DNA of 64,000 nucleotides, taken from an uncultured bacterium. Its GTDB lineage: Bacteria > Krumholzibacteriota > Krumholzibacteriia > Krumholzibacteriales > Krumholzibacteriaceae. This document shows positions 1 to 7,484 of the stretch, in pieces. Every line of letters begins with the position of its first letter. Positions within the stretch are counted from its first letter, which is position 1. Where the stretch lies: positions 64,001-128,000 of the forward strand of contig CAWFAD010000008.1 of assembly GCA_963813815.1 (NCBI GenBank), read 5' to 3'. The position numbers were made by a program, and so were the translations under genes. The notes beneath the pieces are model-generated. The model saw nothing but the letters and a program-made list of their open reading frames with translations. It ran no database searches and was not told the DNA's origin.

Positions 1-1082
1 AACGAGGCGAGCCAATGCCCGCCCTCGTAATGCTCGCCCGTCACGGCGCGCACGCCGGACGCGGCGTGGACCGCCGCCGCCGCGCGAAGGGCCGGAATCC
101 GGATATCGTCCGGCGGAAGACCCCGGGCGATCCCCTCGAGCATCCAGGCGCGGCTCAGATTGAGGCCGTCGAGATGGACGAGCTTCCCGTCCGCCGGATC
201 GGTGACGGCGCCCGGCTCGAGCCAGTCGCCCCGGCCGTCGCGGGGGATCCCCGGGAGGAATGATTCGAGCCATTTCGCGTACTCCGACGGCTCGAGGACC
301 CGCCGCACGAGATCCGCCTCGGCAAGACAGGGGGAAAGAAAGTCCTCGCCCGATGGCTCATAGCCGAGAGGCGCATCTCGGTCGCCGAGAAAGAAATCCC
401 TGACGCGCGACTCGATGAGCTCCTCCGCCTTCCGGTCGCCCGAAACGCGGGCCCAGTCGAGCGCGAGCCCGAGGGCGAAGGCCGTCTGGCTGTGCTCCCC
501 CGAGCGAACCGGGCGGGTGAGCTTGGGAAGCCAGCTCCCGAGCCTCTCCATAGCGAGCTTCTCGAGCGGCGCGAGCGCCCTACCCCACTCCGCCGCCCGC
601 GGATCGTCCCATTCCCTGAGCTCCGCGGCGAGCTGCAAAAGCCAGGCGAGGCCGTAGGGCCGCTCGAAAGAAGCGCGGTCCTCGGCGGAGAGATAAGCGA
701 CCTCGGCGGCGATATTGCCGGAGGTCAGGCTTCGGCCCAGCGCTTCGCGGGCGGGCTCGACGAACGGAGCCCCGGGATAGAGACGCGCCAGCCGGACGAG
801 GAGCCAGTGGCCGTGCACGGCGGAATGCCAGTCGTAGCAGCCGCAGAAGGCCGGCGTCAGCCGCCGCGGCGGAAGCGCGTCGGCGTCGCTCGCGAGGGTA
901 TGGGCGATCTTGTTGGGATACTCCTGATGGACGCACTTCATGGCCAGCGCGGCGAAGCGGCCGGCCGCCGCCTCGTCGAGGCGGCGATTGTCCCCGCCCG
1001 CCGGACGAATCGATGACGACCAAAGAACAATTATCGCGACCGCTCCCGCGGCGAGGAGGATCGATGCCCGCGCGATTCCCAT
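1..1082 (-). CDS. DUF2891 family protein (3' end truncated by window edge)
   Basis: Absent from the ORF track because it has no stop in the window. Manual translation from ATG 1082 gives MGIARASILLAAGAVAIIVLW...QEYPNKIAH...PAFCGCYDWHSAVHGHWLL...EHYEGGHWLAS, motifs typical of DUF2891. Confidence 0.85.
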   Translation of the reverse strand, partial: MGIARASILLAAGAVAIIVLWSSSIRPAGGDNRRLDEAAAGRFAALAMKCVHQEYPNKIAHTLASDADALPPRRLTPAFCGCYDWHSAVHGHWLLVRLARLYPGAPFVEPAREALGRSLTSGNIAAEVAYLSAEDRASFERPYGLAWLLQLAAELREWDDPRAAEWGRALAPLEKLAMERLGSWLPKLTRPVRSGEHSQTAFALGLALDWARVSGDRKAEELIESRVRDFFLGDRDAPLGYEPSGEDFLSPCLAEADLVRRVLEPSEYAKWLESFLPGIPRDGRGDWLEPGAVTDPADGKLVHLDGLNLSRAWMLEGIARGLPPDDIRIPALRAAAAVHAASGVRAVTGEHYEGGHWLAS

Positions 1083-1135
1083 GAATGGATAGTAGTCCCA
1101 CGCGGCGGAATAAAATCAAGCGGAGGAAAAGACAA

Positions 1136-1165
1136 TTGACGCGGGAGGGCGTTTTGCTGTACGAT
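1136..1165 (+). promoter_or_regulatory. Putative sigma70 promoter of the oxidoreductase/peptide cassette
   Basis: TTGACG-18 bp-TACGAT in an AT-richer intergenic region. Confidence 0.45.
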
Positions 1166-1292
1166 TTCGCCCGAGCTTGCGAGTTTTTCGAAATCCTAGG
1201 GGTTGCAGTTAGCTCTTATTCCAGACAATGATTTCCTTCGCCATTTCCATGTGGACGAATGCATCCATTTCTTACGCCCGGAGGTGCGGTGA

Positions 1293-1902
1293 ATGCAGGG
1301 TGGCTTGAAACGCATAGCCGTCTTGAGCGTGGTCGTGGTCGTGGTCGTGGCCGTCGCCTACATCCTCGGATCGGCGACCGGCGCTTACCTGAGAGGCGGG
1401 AGCAGAGCAAAATCGAAAATGATGTATCGCAAAGAGGCAGGCCGACACGAGGGCGATGGCCGAGAGCACGGCGGCTGATAAGGTTGGAGCCGTTCTCCCC
1501 AATCATGTTTTCTCCGATCTCGACGGCAATCCCGTCACGCTCGCCGAGGTTCTCACGAAAAAAACGGTGCTGACCGTCTTCTCGGCGAACTGCGATTACT
1601 GCAAGGAAGAGATGGATCTAGTCCTGCGGCTCGCCGAAAACGACGGCGACTGGAAGACATTCGTCTTCATATCGGGCGACAGCACGCAGGCTCTTCGGGC
1701 GATGCGCGACACGCTGGATTCGAGGATGCGAATCCTCTACGACAAGGACTTCAAGTTCGCCTCGTCCTTCTTTGGCTTCGTGCCCTTCCCCTTCACGATC
1801 ATCACGGACAACACGGGAACGGTTCTGGATTTCATGGTTGGCACGCTCGTCGAGAGAGAGATAAAGGACATTCTCGCCTTCAACAGAAAACAGAAGGATT
1901 GA
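1293..1902 (+). CDS. TlpA/redoxin-family thiol-disulfide oxidoreductase with N-terminal membrane anchor (one extra base near 1440 splits it into ORFs 1293-1478 and 1456-1902)
   Basis: LPNHVFSDLDGNPVTL...FSANCDYCKEE CxxC redoxin fold, with the cis-Pro-like segment VPFPFTII. The upstream ORF supplies a TM helix. The span of 610 nt equals 203 codons plus 1. Confidence 0.75.
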
Positions 1903-1966
1903 TCGATGAAATCCGATGGCTCCGGCGTCATGGTACAAGGCTGCAAAGCGGAAGGGAGGTGATTTC

Positions 1967-2218
1967 ATGAAGAGCAATTTCCTGGCGATGTTGGCCCTGG
2001 CGTTTCTTTTTGCATTCGTGTTCTCCTTGGCAATGACATTCGCTGTGGATCTGAAGGCAAAAGATCCCTACTTTTGCGGCGGCTGCTGCTATATCCCGGC
2101 AAAGGTGAGGTGCACCGCGGGATGGGGGCGGCTGATTGACAACAAGTGCGACTGCAGAATAATCATCTGCCCGGCAATCGACCCGCCGTGCAGGTACGTG
2201 TGCCCGGTTTGCGGTTAG
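1967..2218 (+). CDS. Secreted cysteine-rich peptide 1 (83 aa, 10 Cys)
   Basis: Strong SD GGGAGGTG before ATG 1967; hydrophobic signal MKSNFLAMLALAFLFAFVFSLA; core CGGCCYIPAKVRCTAGWGRLIDNKCDCRIIICPAIDPPCRYVCPVCG. Confidence 0.85.
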   Translation: MKSNFLAMLALAFLFAFVFSLAMTFAVDLKAKDPYFCGGCCYIPAKVRCTAGWGRLIDNKCDCRIIICPAIDPPCRYVCPVCG

Positions 2219-2312
2219 CATCTCAATCGACAGCGGCTCACGCCTGACGCCGGAGCCGGAGGATAGAGGGGTCCCATCCGAGAACGCGAAAGACTCGAGG
2301 GGAGGTGATTTC

Positions 2313-2561
2313 ATGAAGCGTTACCTTCCGACAATGCTGGCCCTGCTGTTCCTGTTCGTGTTCGTGTTCTCAGTGGCCGCGGCGATCACCGGAGAGCTGA
2401 CCGCCGCGACGACGTACAAGTGCGGCGCGTGCTGCTACAAGCCGCCGACGACCAATTGCACCGCGGAGTATGGGCAATTGATCACCGGTATGGGCTGCAG
2501 CTGCAACGCCGTCGTGTGCTACCCGACGAAGTGCGTCTTCATCTGCAAGAGCTGCAGCTGA
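2313..2561 (+). CDS. Secreted cysteine-rich peptide 2 (82 aa, 10 Cys), paralog of peptide 1
   Basis: Identical GGGAGGTGATTTCATGAAG initiation region; signal MKRYLPTMLALLFLFVFVFSVA; core CGACCYKPPTTNCTAEYGQLITGMGCSCNAVVCYPTKCVFICKSCS. Confidence 0.85.
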   Translation: MKRYLPTMLALLFLFVFVFSVAAAITGELTAATTYKCGACCYKPPTTNCTAEYGQLITGMGCSCNAVVCYPTKCVFICKSCS

Positions 2562-2586
2562 GAGTTCGCTGCGACGTTCGATCATG

Positions 2587-2638
2587 GGCGGCGCCGGAGC
2601 CCGGCCGATGCGATCGGCCCCAAGGTTCCGGCGCCGCC
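2587..2638 (+). terminator. Long GC-rich stem-loop after the peptide genes (terminator or mRNA stabiliser)
   Basis: GGCGGCGCCGGAGCC pairs with GGTTCCGGCGCCGCC, enclosing an inner stem GGCCGAT/ATCGGCC. No U-tract follows. Confidence 0.55.
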
Positions 2639-2645
2639 GTCTCTC

Positions 2646-3938
2646 ATGGGAGGTTCGCGTACGTTGTTTTCCATTCGCCGGTCCGCCTGCTTCGCGGCCG
2701 CAGCGGCGGCCGCGCTCGCGCTCGCGTGGCGCTCCGAAGCGGCCGCTCAGACCGCGTGCGCCGAGGACTCGCTCCTCCAGGCGGGAGCGTCGAAGGTGTA
2801 CCTCGACCTGCCCGAGAAGTATCACGACTACATCAAGGCCGAGATCCCGTGGGTGAACTACGTTCGGGACCGCCATCTCGCCGACGTACAGATCCTCCTC
2901 ACGAAAGAGACCACGGGAAGCGGGGGCGACGAGTTCACGCTGACGCTCTTCGGGCGCGGCGAGTTCGATGGGGTGAACGACACGCTCGTTTTTTCACTGG
3001 AGCCCTCGTACACGGAGGACGCGGCGCGGAGCGCCATCGTCACGCATCTCGAGCGGGGTCTCGTGCGGTACGTCGAAAAGACGCCGGTCGCGGACTATCT
3101 CGATATTTCCTACACGAGGCGGTCCGCCCCCGAGGCGATGCGGGACCGATGGGATTACTGGGTATTCGCCGTGAGCGCGCAGGGATGGGCGCAGGGAGAG
3201 AAGAGCTACGACAACGCCTATCTCTGGAGCACCGTGAGCGCCGACCGAGTCACCTCGTCGCTCAAGATCGGTCTCGATCTCGGCTCGAGCTATAACGAGA
3301 GCGCTTTCGACGTGGGCGGGGCGACGATCACGAGCATCTCGCGATCGCATTACCTGAGCGGCACCGCCGTCAAGAGCGCCGGGGAACACTGGTCGTACGG
3401 GATCTTCACGGGGCTCAGCTCGTCGTCGTACGGCAATACCGATCTCGAGCTCTACGCGGGCCCCGCGGTCGAGTACAACGTCTTCCCGTACTCCGAGTAC
3501 ACGCGGCGGGAGCTCCGCGTCCTCTACCGCATTCTCTACTATCACGATCGTTATCTGGAAGAAACGATATACGGCTTCACCGAGGAGGACCGCCTCAAGG
3601 AGCGCCTCTCGATCGAGTACGTGGCCAAGGAGCCGTGGGGCTCGATCTCGGCGAGCGTCCTCGGATCCCACTACCTTCATGACTTCGACAAGAACCGGCT
3701 GACCTTCACCTGCGATCTATCCCTGCTCATCGTCCGCGGGCTTTCGCTCACGCTCGCCGGGAGCGCTTCGTTGATCCACGATCTCCTCTCTCCCGCGAAG
3801 GGCGAGGCGAGCACGGAAGAGCTCCTCCTCCGCCAGCAGCTGCTCGACACCCAGTACACCTACTACGTTTCGTTCGGGTTCCAGTACTCGTTCGGCTCGA
3901 TCTACACCAACGTGGTCAATCCGCGCTTCGGGGGCTGA
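2646..3938 (+). CDS. Outer-membrane beta-barrel-type protein, function unknown
   Basis: Signal peptide (AAAAAALALAWRSEAAA); aromatic/Ser-rich amphipathic strands; C-terminus YYVSFGFQYSFGSIYTNVVNPRF. Confidence 0.7.
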   Translation: MGGSRTLFSIRRSACFAAAAAAALALAWRSEAAAQTACAEDSLLQAGASKVYLDLPEKYHDYIKAEIPWVNYVRDRHLADVQILLTKETTGSGGDEFTLTLFGRGEFDGVNDTLVFSLEPSYTEDAARSAIVTHLERGLVRYVEKTPVADYLDISYTRRSAPEAMRDRWDYWVFAVSAQGWAQGEKSYDNAYLWSTVSADRVTSSLKIGLDLGSSYNESAFDVGGATITSISRSHYLSGTAVKSAGEHWSYGIFTGLSSSSYGNTDLELYAGPAVEYNVFPYSEYTRRELRVLYRILYYHDRYLEETIYGFTEEDRLKERLSIEYVAKEPWGSISASVLGSHYLHDFDKNRLTFTCDLSLLIVRGLSLTLAGSASLIHDLLSPAKGEASTEELLLRQQLLDTQYTYYVSFGFQYSFGSIYTNVVNPRFGG

Positions 3939-5180
3939 CGGCGGCCGAGCAGCCACACGAAGCCGGCCGCCGCGAGGGCGAGGACGAGGGGCTCGATCGG
4001 TATCCTATAGCGGATGGCGGAAGTGAAAACTGCGTGAACCGCCGTCTGGCTCGCGATGAGGATGACGAAGAGCAGGGTCGCGCCCCGCCGCCATCCGCGC
4101 CGCGCGGCATGAAGCGCCGCCAGCGGCAGGGCGACGCCGAAGCTCCCGATGGTCAGGAGACTCTGCCAGAGCGGAACCCGCGGGGAGTATACCTTCCAGA
4201 GCTGCCCGAGCCGCACGGCGCAGAGCTCGAGAAAGCGGCCGGGATGCGAGCGGATGAACGCCGCGGCGTCCGCCTGATACAGCCTGCCGCGCTGCGCCTC
4301 GTTGGGGTGCAGTTCGCGCGGGTGGATGAGGGACAGCTCTTCGCTGAACAGTCGAAAATCATGGCTCAGGATCCCCGTGGCCCGCGGATTATTCCCGATG
4401 TAGAGCTCGATCCCTCCCCCCGTCGAGGCCGGCACGAACTCGCCCTGAAGACGCGCGTTTCTCGCGGCCCACGGCGCGAGCACGGCGGCGAACGCGATGC
4501 ACGCGAGCGCCGCGGCCTCGATGCGACGCCGCCGGCCCGGCGCGACGAGGAGTATCCAGAGAACGATCCCCGGCACGAACGCCAAGCCGGTCGGCCGGCA
4601 AGAGCGCGCCCGCCCCGCCGAAGAGACCGGCGAGGGCATACCAGCGGAGCGAATTTCTCCGCCATCCCTCGACGAGGGCCCAGGCGAGCAGCCCCGTCGC
4701 CGTCGCGCTCGATAGGTCCGTGAGGAGGTCGCCGCCGTACCGCACCCAGTTCGGAAAAACCGCGGCGGCGAGGGCGCATATCATCCCCGCTCGCCTGTCG
4801 GCGAGGGCGCGCCCGAGGAGATAGCAGACCGGCACGAGAAGAGCGCCCAGCACGCACATGAGGACGCGGCCCCAAACGACGCTGGGTCCCGTAAAGTAAA
4901 AGAGCGCGGCCAGAACGAGGGGCACGCCGGGGGTTCGAGCCGAGCTCGGCCGTCCGTCCGCGCCGGCGACGCCTCGTCCTTCGACGAGACTCACCGCGCG
5001 CGCGTAGTAGTCCGGCTCGTCCCCGTCGAGCGGGCGATCGAGCCCCCCCGCCACCCACTCGGCGGCGGCGATGCGGAGAATAACCGCGACGAGGAAGACG
5101 CCCGCAAGGAGCACAGGGACGCGCGAGCGCGGGGACGGCGCGCGGGCCGCCGCGCCGAGATCAGGCGATGTGCCGCTCAT
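3902..5180 (-). CDS. ArnT/PMT-like (GT-C, family 39-like) membrane glycosyltransferase, one extra base near 4600
   Basis: DGDEPDYY loop, many TM helices, PWAARN...GGIELYIGNNP and RYRIP motifs. ORFs 4389-5180 and 3902-4639 join as GAL|CRPTG; the span is 426 codons plus 1 nt. Confidence 0.75.
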
Positions 5181-5916
5181 TGCGTTTCTCCGGCCATACC
5201 CGGCACTTCAGAAGACACCAGACCGCCTCGAAAAAATCACGATAGCCGATCTTCTTTCCCTCGGCGGCCGTCCGGTAGCGGTACGTTATCGGCACCTCTA
5301 TGATCCGATGCCCGCGCCGGATCACTCTCGCCGTGACCTCCGGGCAAAACTCGAACCGCCGGCACTCGAGGCCGATGTCCTTGAGGAGCGAGGTCCGAAA
5401 CGCCTTGTAGCACGTAGCCTCGTCCGTCACCCGTTGCAGGTACAGCACCCTCACGAGGAGATTCAGAGACAGCACCCCGATCTTGAACTTCGTGAAGGGG
5501 AGGTCGTTTTTCTTGCTGATGTAGCGCGAGCCGTAGACGACGTCGCTGTAGCCTTTGCGGATGATCTCCACGAGGAGCGGATAATCGTTCGGATTGTATT
5601 CGAGATCGGCGTCCTGAACGATGCACACGTCGCCGCGCGCGTGCGCGATGGCCGTCCGAATGGCGGCGCCCTTCCCGAGGTTGCGCTCGTGCCGGAGGAT
5701 CGTGTAGCCGGGTCGCCCGGCGTACTCGGCGAGTATCTCGCCCGTGCCGTCGGTGCTCCCGTCGTCCACGACGATAACTTGTTTCTCGTAGGGGGCCGCC
5801 TCGACGCGGGACAGCAGCTCCCGAATCGTGCGCGCCTCGTTGAACGCCGGAACGAGCACGGACAGCAGGAAATTCTCCTCGATGGCGCGCGACACGGTTT
5901 TTCCTTTGCCGTTCAT
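5161..5916 (-). CDS. Glycosyltransferase family 2 (polyprenol-phosphate glycosyltransferase/DPM1-like)
   Basis: VPAFNE, VDDGSTDGT, NLGKGAA, QDADLEY motifs. Confidence 0.92.
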   Translation of the reverse strand: MNGKGKTVSRAIEENFLLSVLVPAFNEARTIRELLSRVEAAPYEKQVIVVDDGSTDGTGEILAEYAGRPGYTILRHERNLGKGAAIRTAIAHARGDVCIVQDADLEYNPNDYPLLVEIIRKGYSDVVYGSRYISKKNDLPFTKFKIGVLSLNLLVRVLYLQRVTDEATCYKAFRTSLLKDIGLECRRFEFCPEVTARVIRRGHRIIEVPITYRYRTAAEGKKIGYRDFFEAVWCLLKCRVWPEKRNERHIA

Positions 5917-5920
5917 GATA

Positions 5921-6760
5921 TCAGTTGAGCGGGATCGTCATGCCGACGGAGAGCGACACGTCCGGCGACGAATCGGAGAGCCCGATCATCGCCGTTCCGC
6001 CGGCGCCGCGGCCTCCGCTCAGGAGGTAATTGAAACCGACGCCGATCTGGCGCGGCGGCTCCACGCCGGACACGATCTCGGTGCACGAGAGATAGATGAC
6101 GCTCGCGAGCGCTTTGCCGCCGTCGAAAGACCGGCCGAGACTCGCGCTGAGGGAAAGAGGATTCTCGAAGTCGGTATCCGGCAAATCGCCGAGCGCCCAG
6201 TACACCGCCTCGACGAGCAGGAGCGTGCTCCCCGCCGCCTTGGCGAGGGAGATCCCCGCGCCGTAATCCCACTCCCCCGTACCGAGGCCGCTCGACGTAT
6301 CCGCGAAGGGGATCTTCGCCTCTCCGATGAGCGTCACGACCGGGAGATGCTCGTGCGGGCCGATCGCCTCGATATCCACTCTCGCTATCGGATCGCCGAT
6401 GCCGTACACGCCCTCGCTCTCGCTCGTTTGATCGCTCCGGAGATAGACGCTCGCGCTCGACGCGTCGACTTCTCCCCGGGGAATCACTCCGGCGCCCGTC
6501 GTGGATACCCAAGAAGTGCTCTGCGCGATCAGCGGAAACCCCAACGAAACCCTGACCGGGTGTACGGAAAGGTTCAATTCGTTGAGAAAACTGAACCCCG
6601 TGGTGCGCTCCGTGAGGCCGTACGTGCCGGAGCTCAGGAGCACCGATCCGGCGTAGGCGAGATCGGCCGCGCGAACCGGAAATGCGGCGACCGAGACCGC
6701 CATCGCGATCCCGGCCGCCCATTTCACCAAATCAGAAGCTCTATCTTCGATTCGAAGCAC
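5921..6760 (-). CDS. Outer-membrane 'transporter'-like beta-barrel protein
   Basis: Signal peptide; GIGD...KIPFADTSSGLGTGEWDYG motif; GLSDSSPD near the C-terminus. Confidence 0.65.
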   Translation of the reverse strand: MLRIEDRASDLVKWAAGIAMAVSVAAFPVRAADLAYAGSVLLSSGTYGLTERTTGFSFLNELNLSVHPVRVSLGFPLIAQSTSWVSTTGAGVIPRGEVDASSASVYLRSDQTSESEGVYGIGDPIARVDIEAIGPHEHLPVVTLIGEAKIPFADTSSGLGTGEWDYGAGISLAKAAGSTLLLVEAVYWALGDLPDTDFENPLSLSASLGRSFDGGKALASVIYLSCTEIVSGVEPPRQIGVGFNYLLSGGRGAGGTAMIGLSDSSPDVSLSVGMTIPLN

Positions 6761-6764
6761 GCCG

Positions 6765-7328
6765 TTACTCTGTCGTTTCGGCCTGCCCGAGGCGCTTGTT
6801 CATGCGCTCCATGATCGTGAGCATGTTCTCCACGCTCTCGCCCATGTTCTTGAAGCTCTCGTTGAGCTGGAACATTTCCTGTTCCATGCGCGGGTCGGAA
6901 ACCATTTCCTTTTTCTGTATCATCTTCTGGAGCTTTTCCATGGACTTTTTCATGTCCTTGGTCATGGTTCCGACCGACTTGTTCAGGCCTTCCATAAGGC
7001 GCAGCTGCTCCCGCACGCGCACCTGATTCCTCTGGGGGTTCTCGGCCATCTCGTTGCCGAGATTGTTGACGCGCAGTTGCAGGCGGTTCGCGTACTCCAT
7101 CATCTCCTGGTTGCGCTTCATCTGCTGCTGCATGAGCTGCTGGTTCTTCTGGAGCATCTGCTGCTGCATCTGTTGCTGCTGCTGTTGCTGCATCTGCTGT
7201 TGCTGCTGCATCTGCTGCTGCATTTGCTGCTGCTGCTGTCCGCCCTGCTGGGCGAAAAGCGCGGTTGCCGCCGCGGCCAGAACGATCGCGACGACAAAGA
7301 CTGCGATGACTGCCTTTGACAGCTTCAC
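6765..7328 (-). CDS. Poly-Gln/Met-rich exported helical protein (187 aa)
   Basis: SD AAGGAGGT then GTG 7328; signal peptide ending ALFA; QQGGQQQQQMQQQMQQQQQMQQQQQQQMQQQM followed by a Met-rich coiled coil. Confidence 0.8.
   Translation of the reverse strand: MKLSKAVIAVFVVAIVLAAAATALFAQQGGQQQQQMQQQMQQQQQMQQQQQQQMQQQMLQKNQQLMQQQMKRNQEMMEYANRLQLRVNNLGNEMAENPQRNQVRVREQLRLMEGLNKSVGTMTKDMKKSMEKLQKMIQKKEMVSDPRMEQEMFQLNESFKNMGESVENMLTIMERMNKRLGQAETTE
7120..7249 (-). repeat. Imperfect CAG/CAA/ATG trinucleotide repeat (polyQ tract)
   Basis: (tgc)n runs on the + strand interrupted by tgt and cat. Confidence 0.9.
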
Positions 7329-7376
7329 TTGGCACCTCCTTGTGCACAAACCCCTATCGGACACAACCGGAAATTC

Positions 7377-7392
7377 GCATAAAACATGCCCA
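7377..7392 (-). promoter_or_regulatory. Possible sigma54 (-24/-12) promoter
   Basis: TGGGCATGTTTTATGC has GG-N10-GC spacing and lies about 50 nt upstream of the polyQ gene start. Confidence 0.35.
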
Positions 7393-7484
7393 ACATCTTC
7401 TCCCCTAGCGCCTGCGGGGAATTGTACGCCATCGACGACCCGCAATCCAGCACCAATAATAGCGCACGCGGAAACGGGCGGCTC

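Noticed and set aside
1967..2561. Cys-rich peptides as ranthipeptide/sactipeptide precursors of the radical SAM at 51698
   Set aside because: That enzyme is 49 kb away and is B12-binding class B with no visible SPASM or RRE domain. The peptides have Sec-type signals and sit next to a redoxin.
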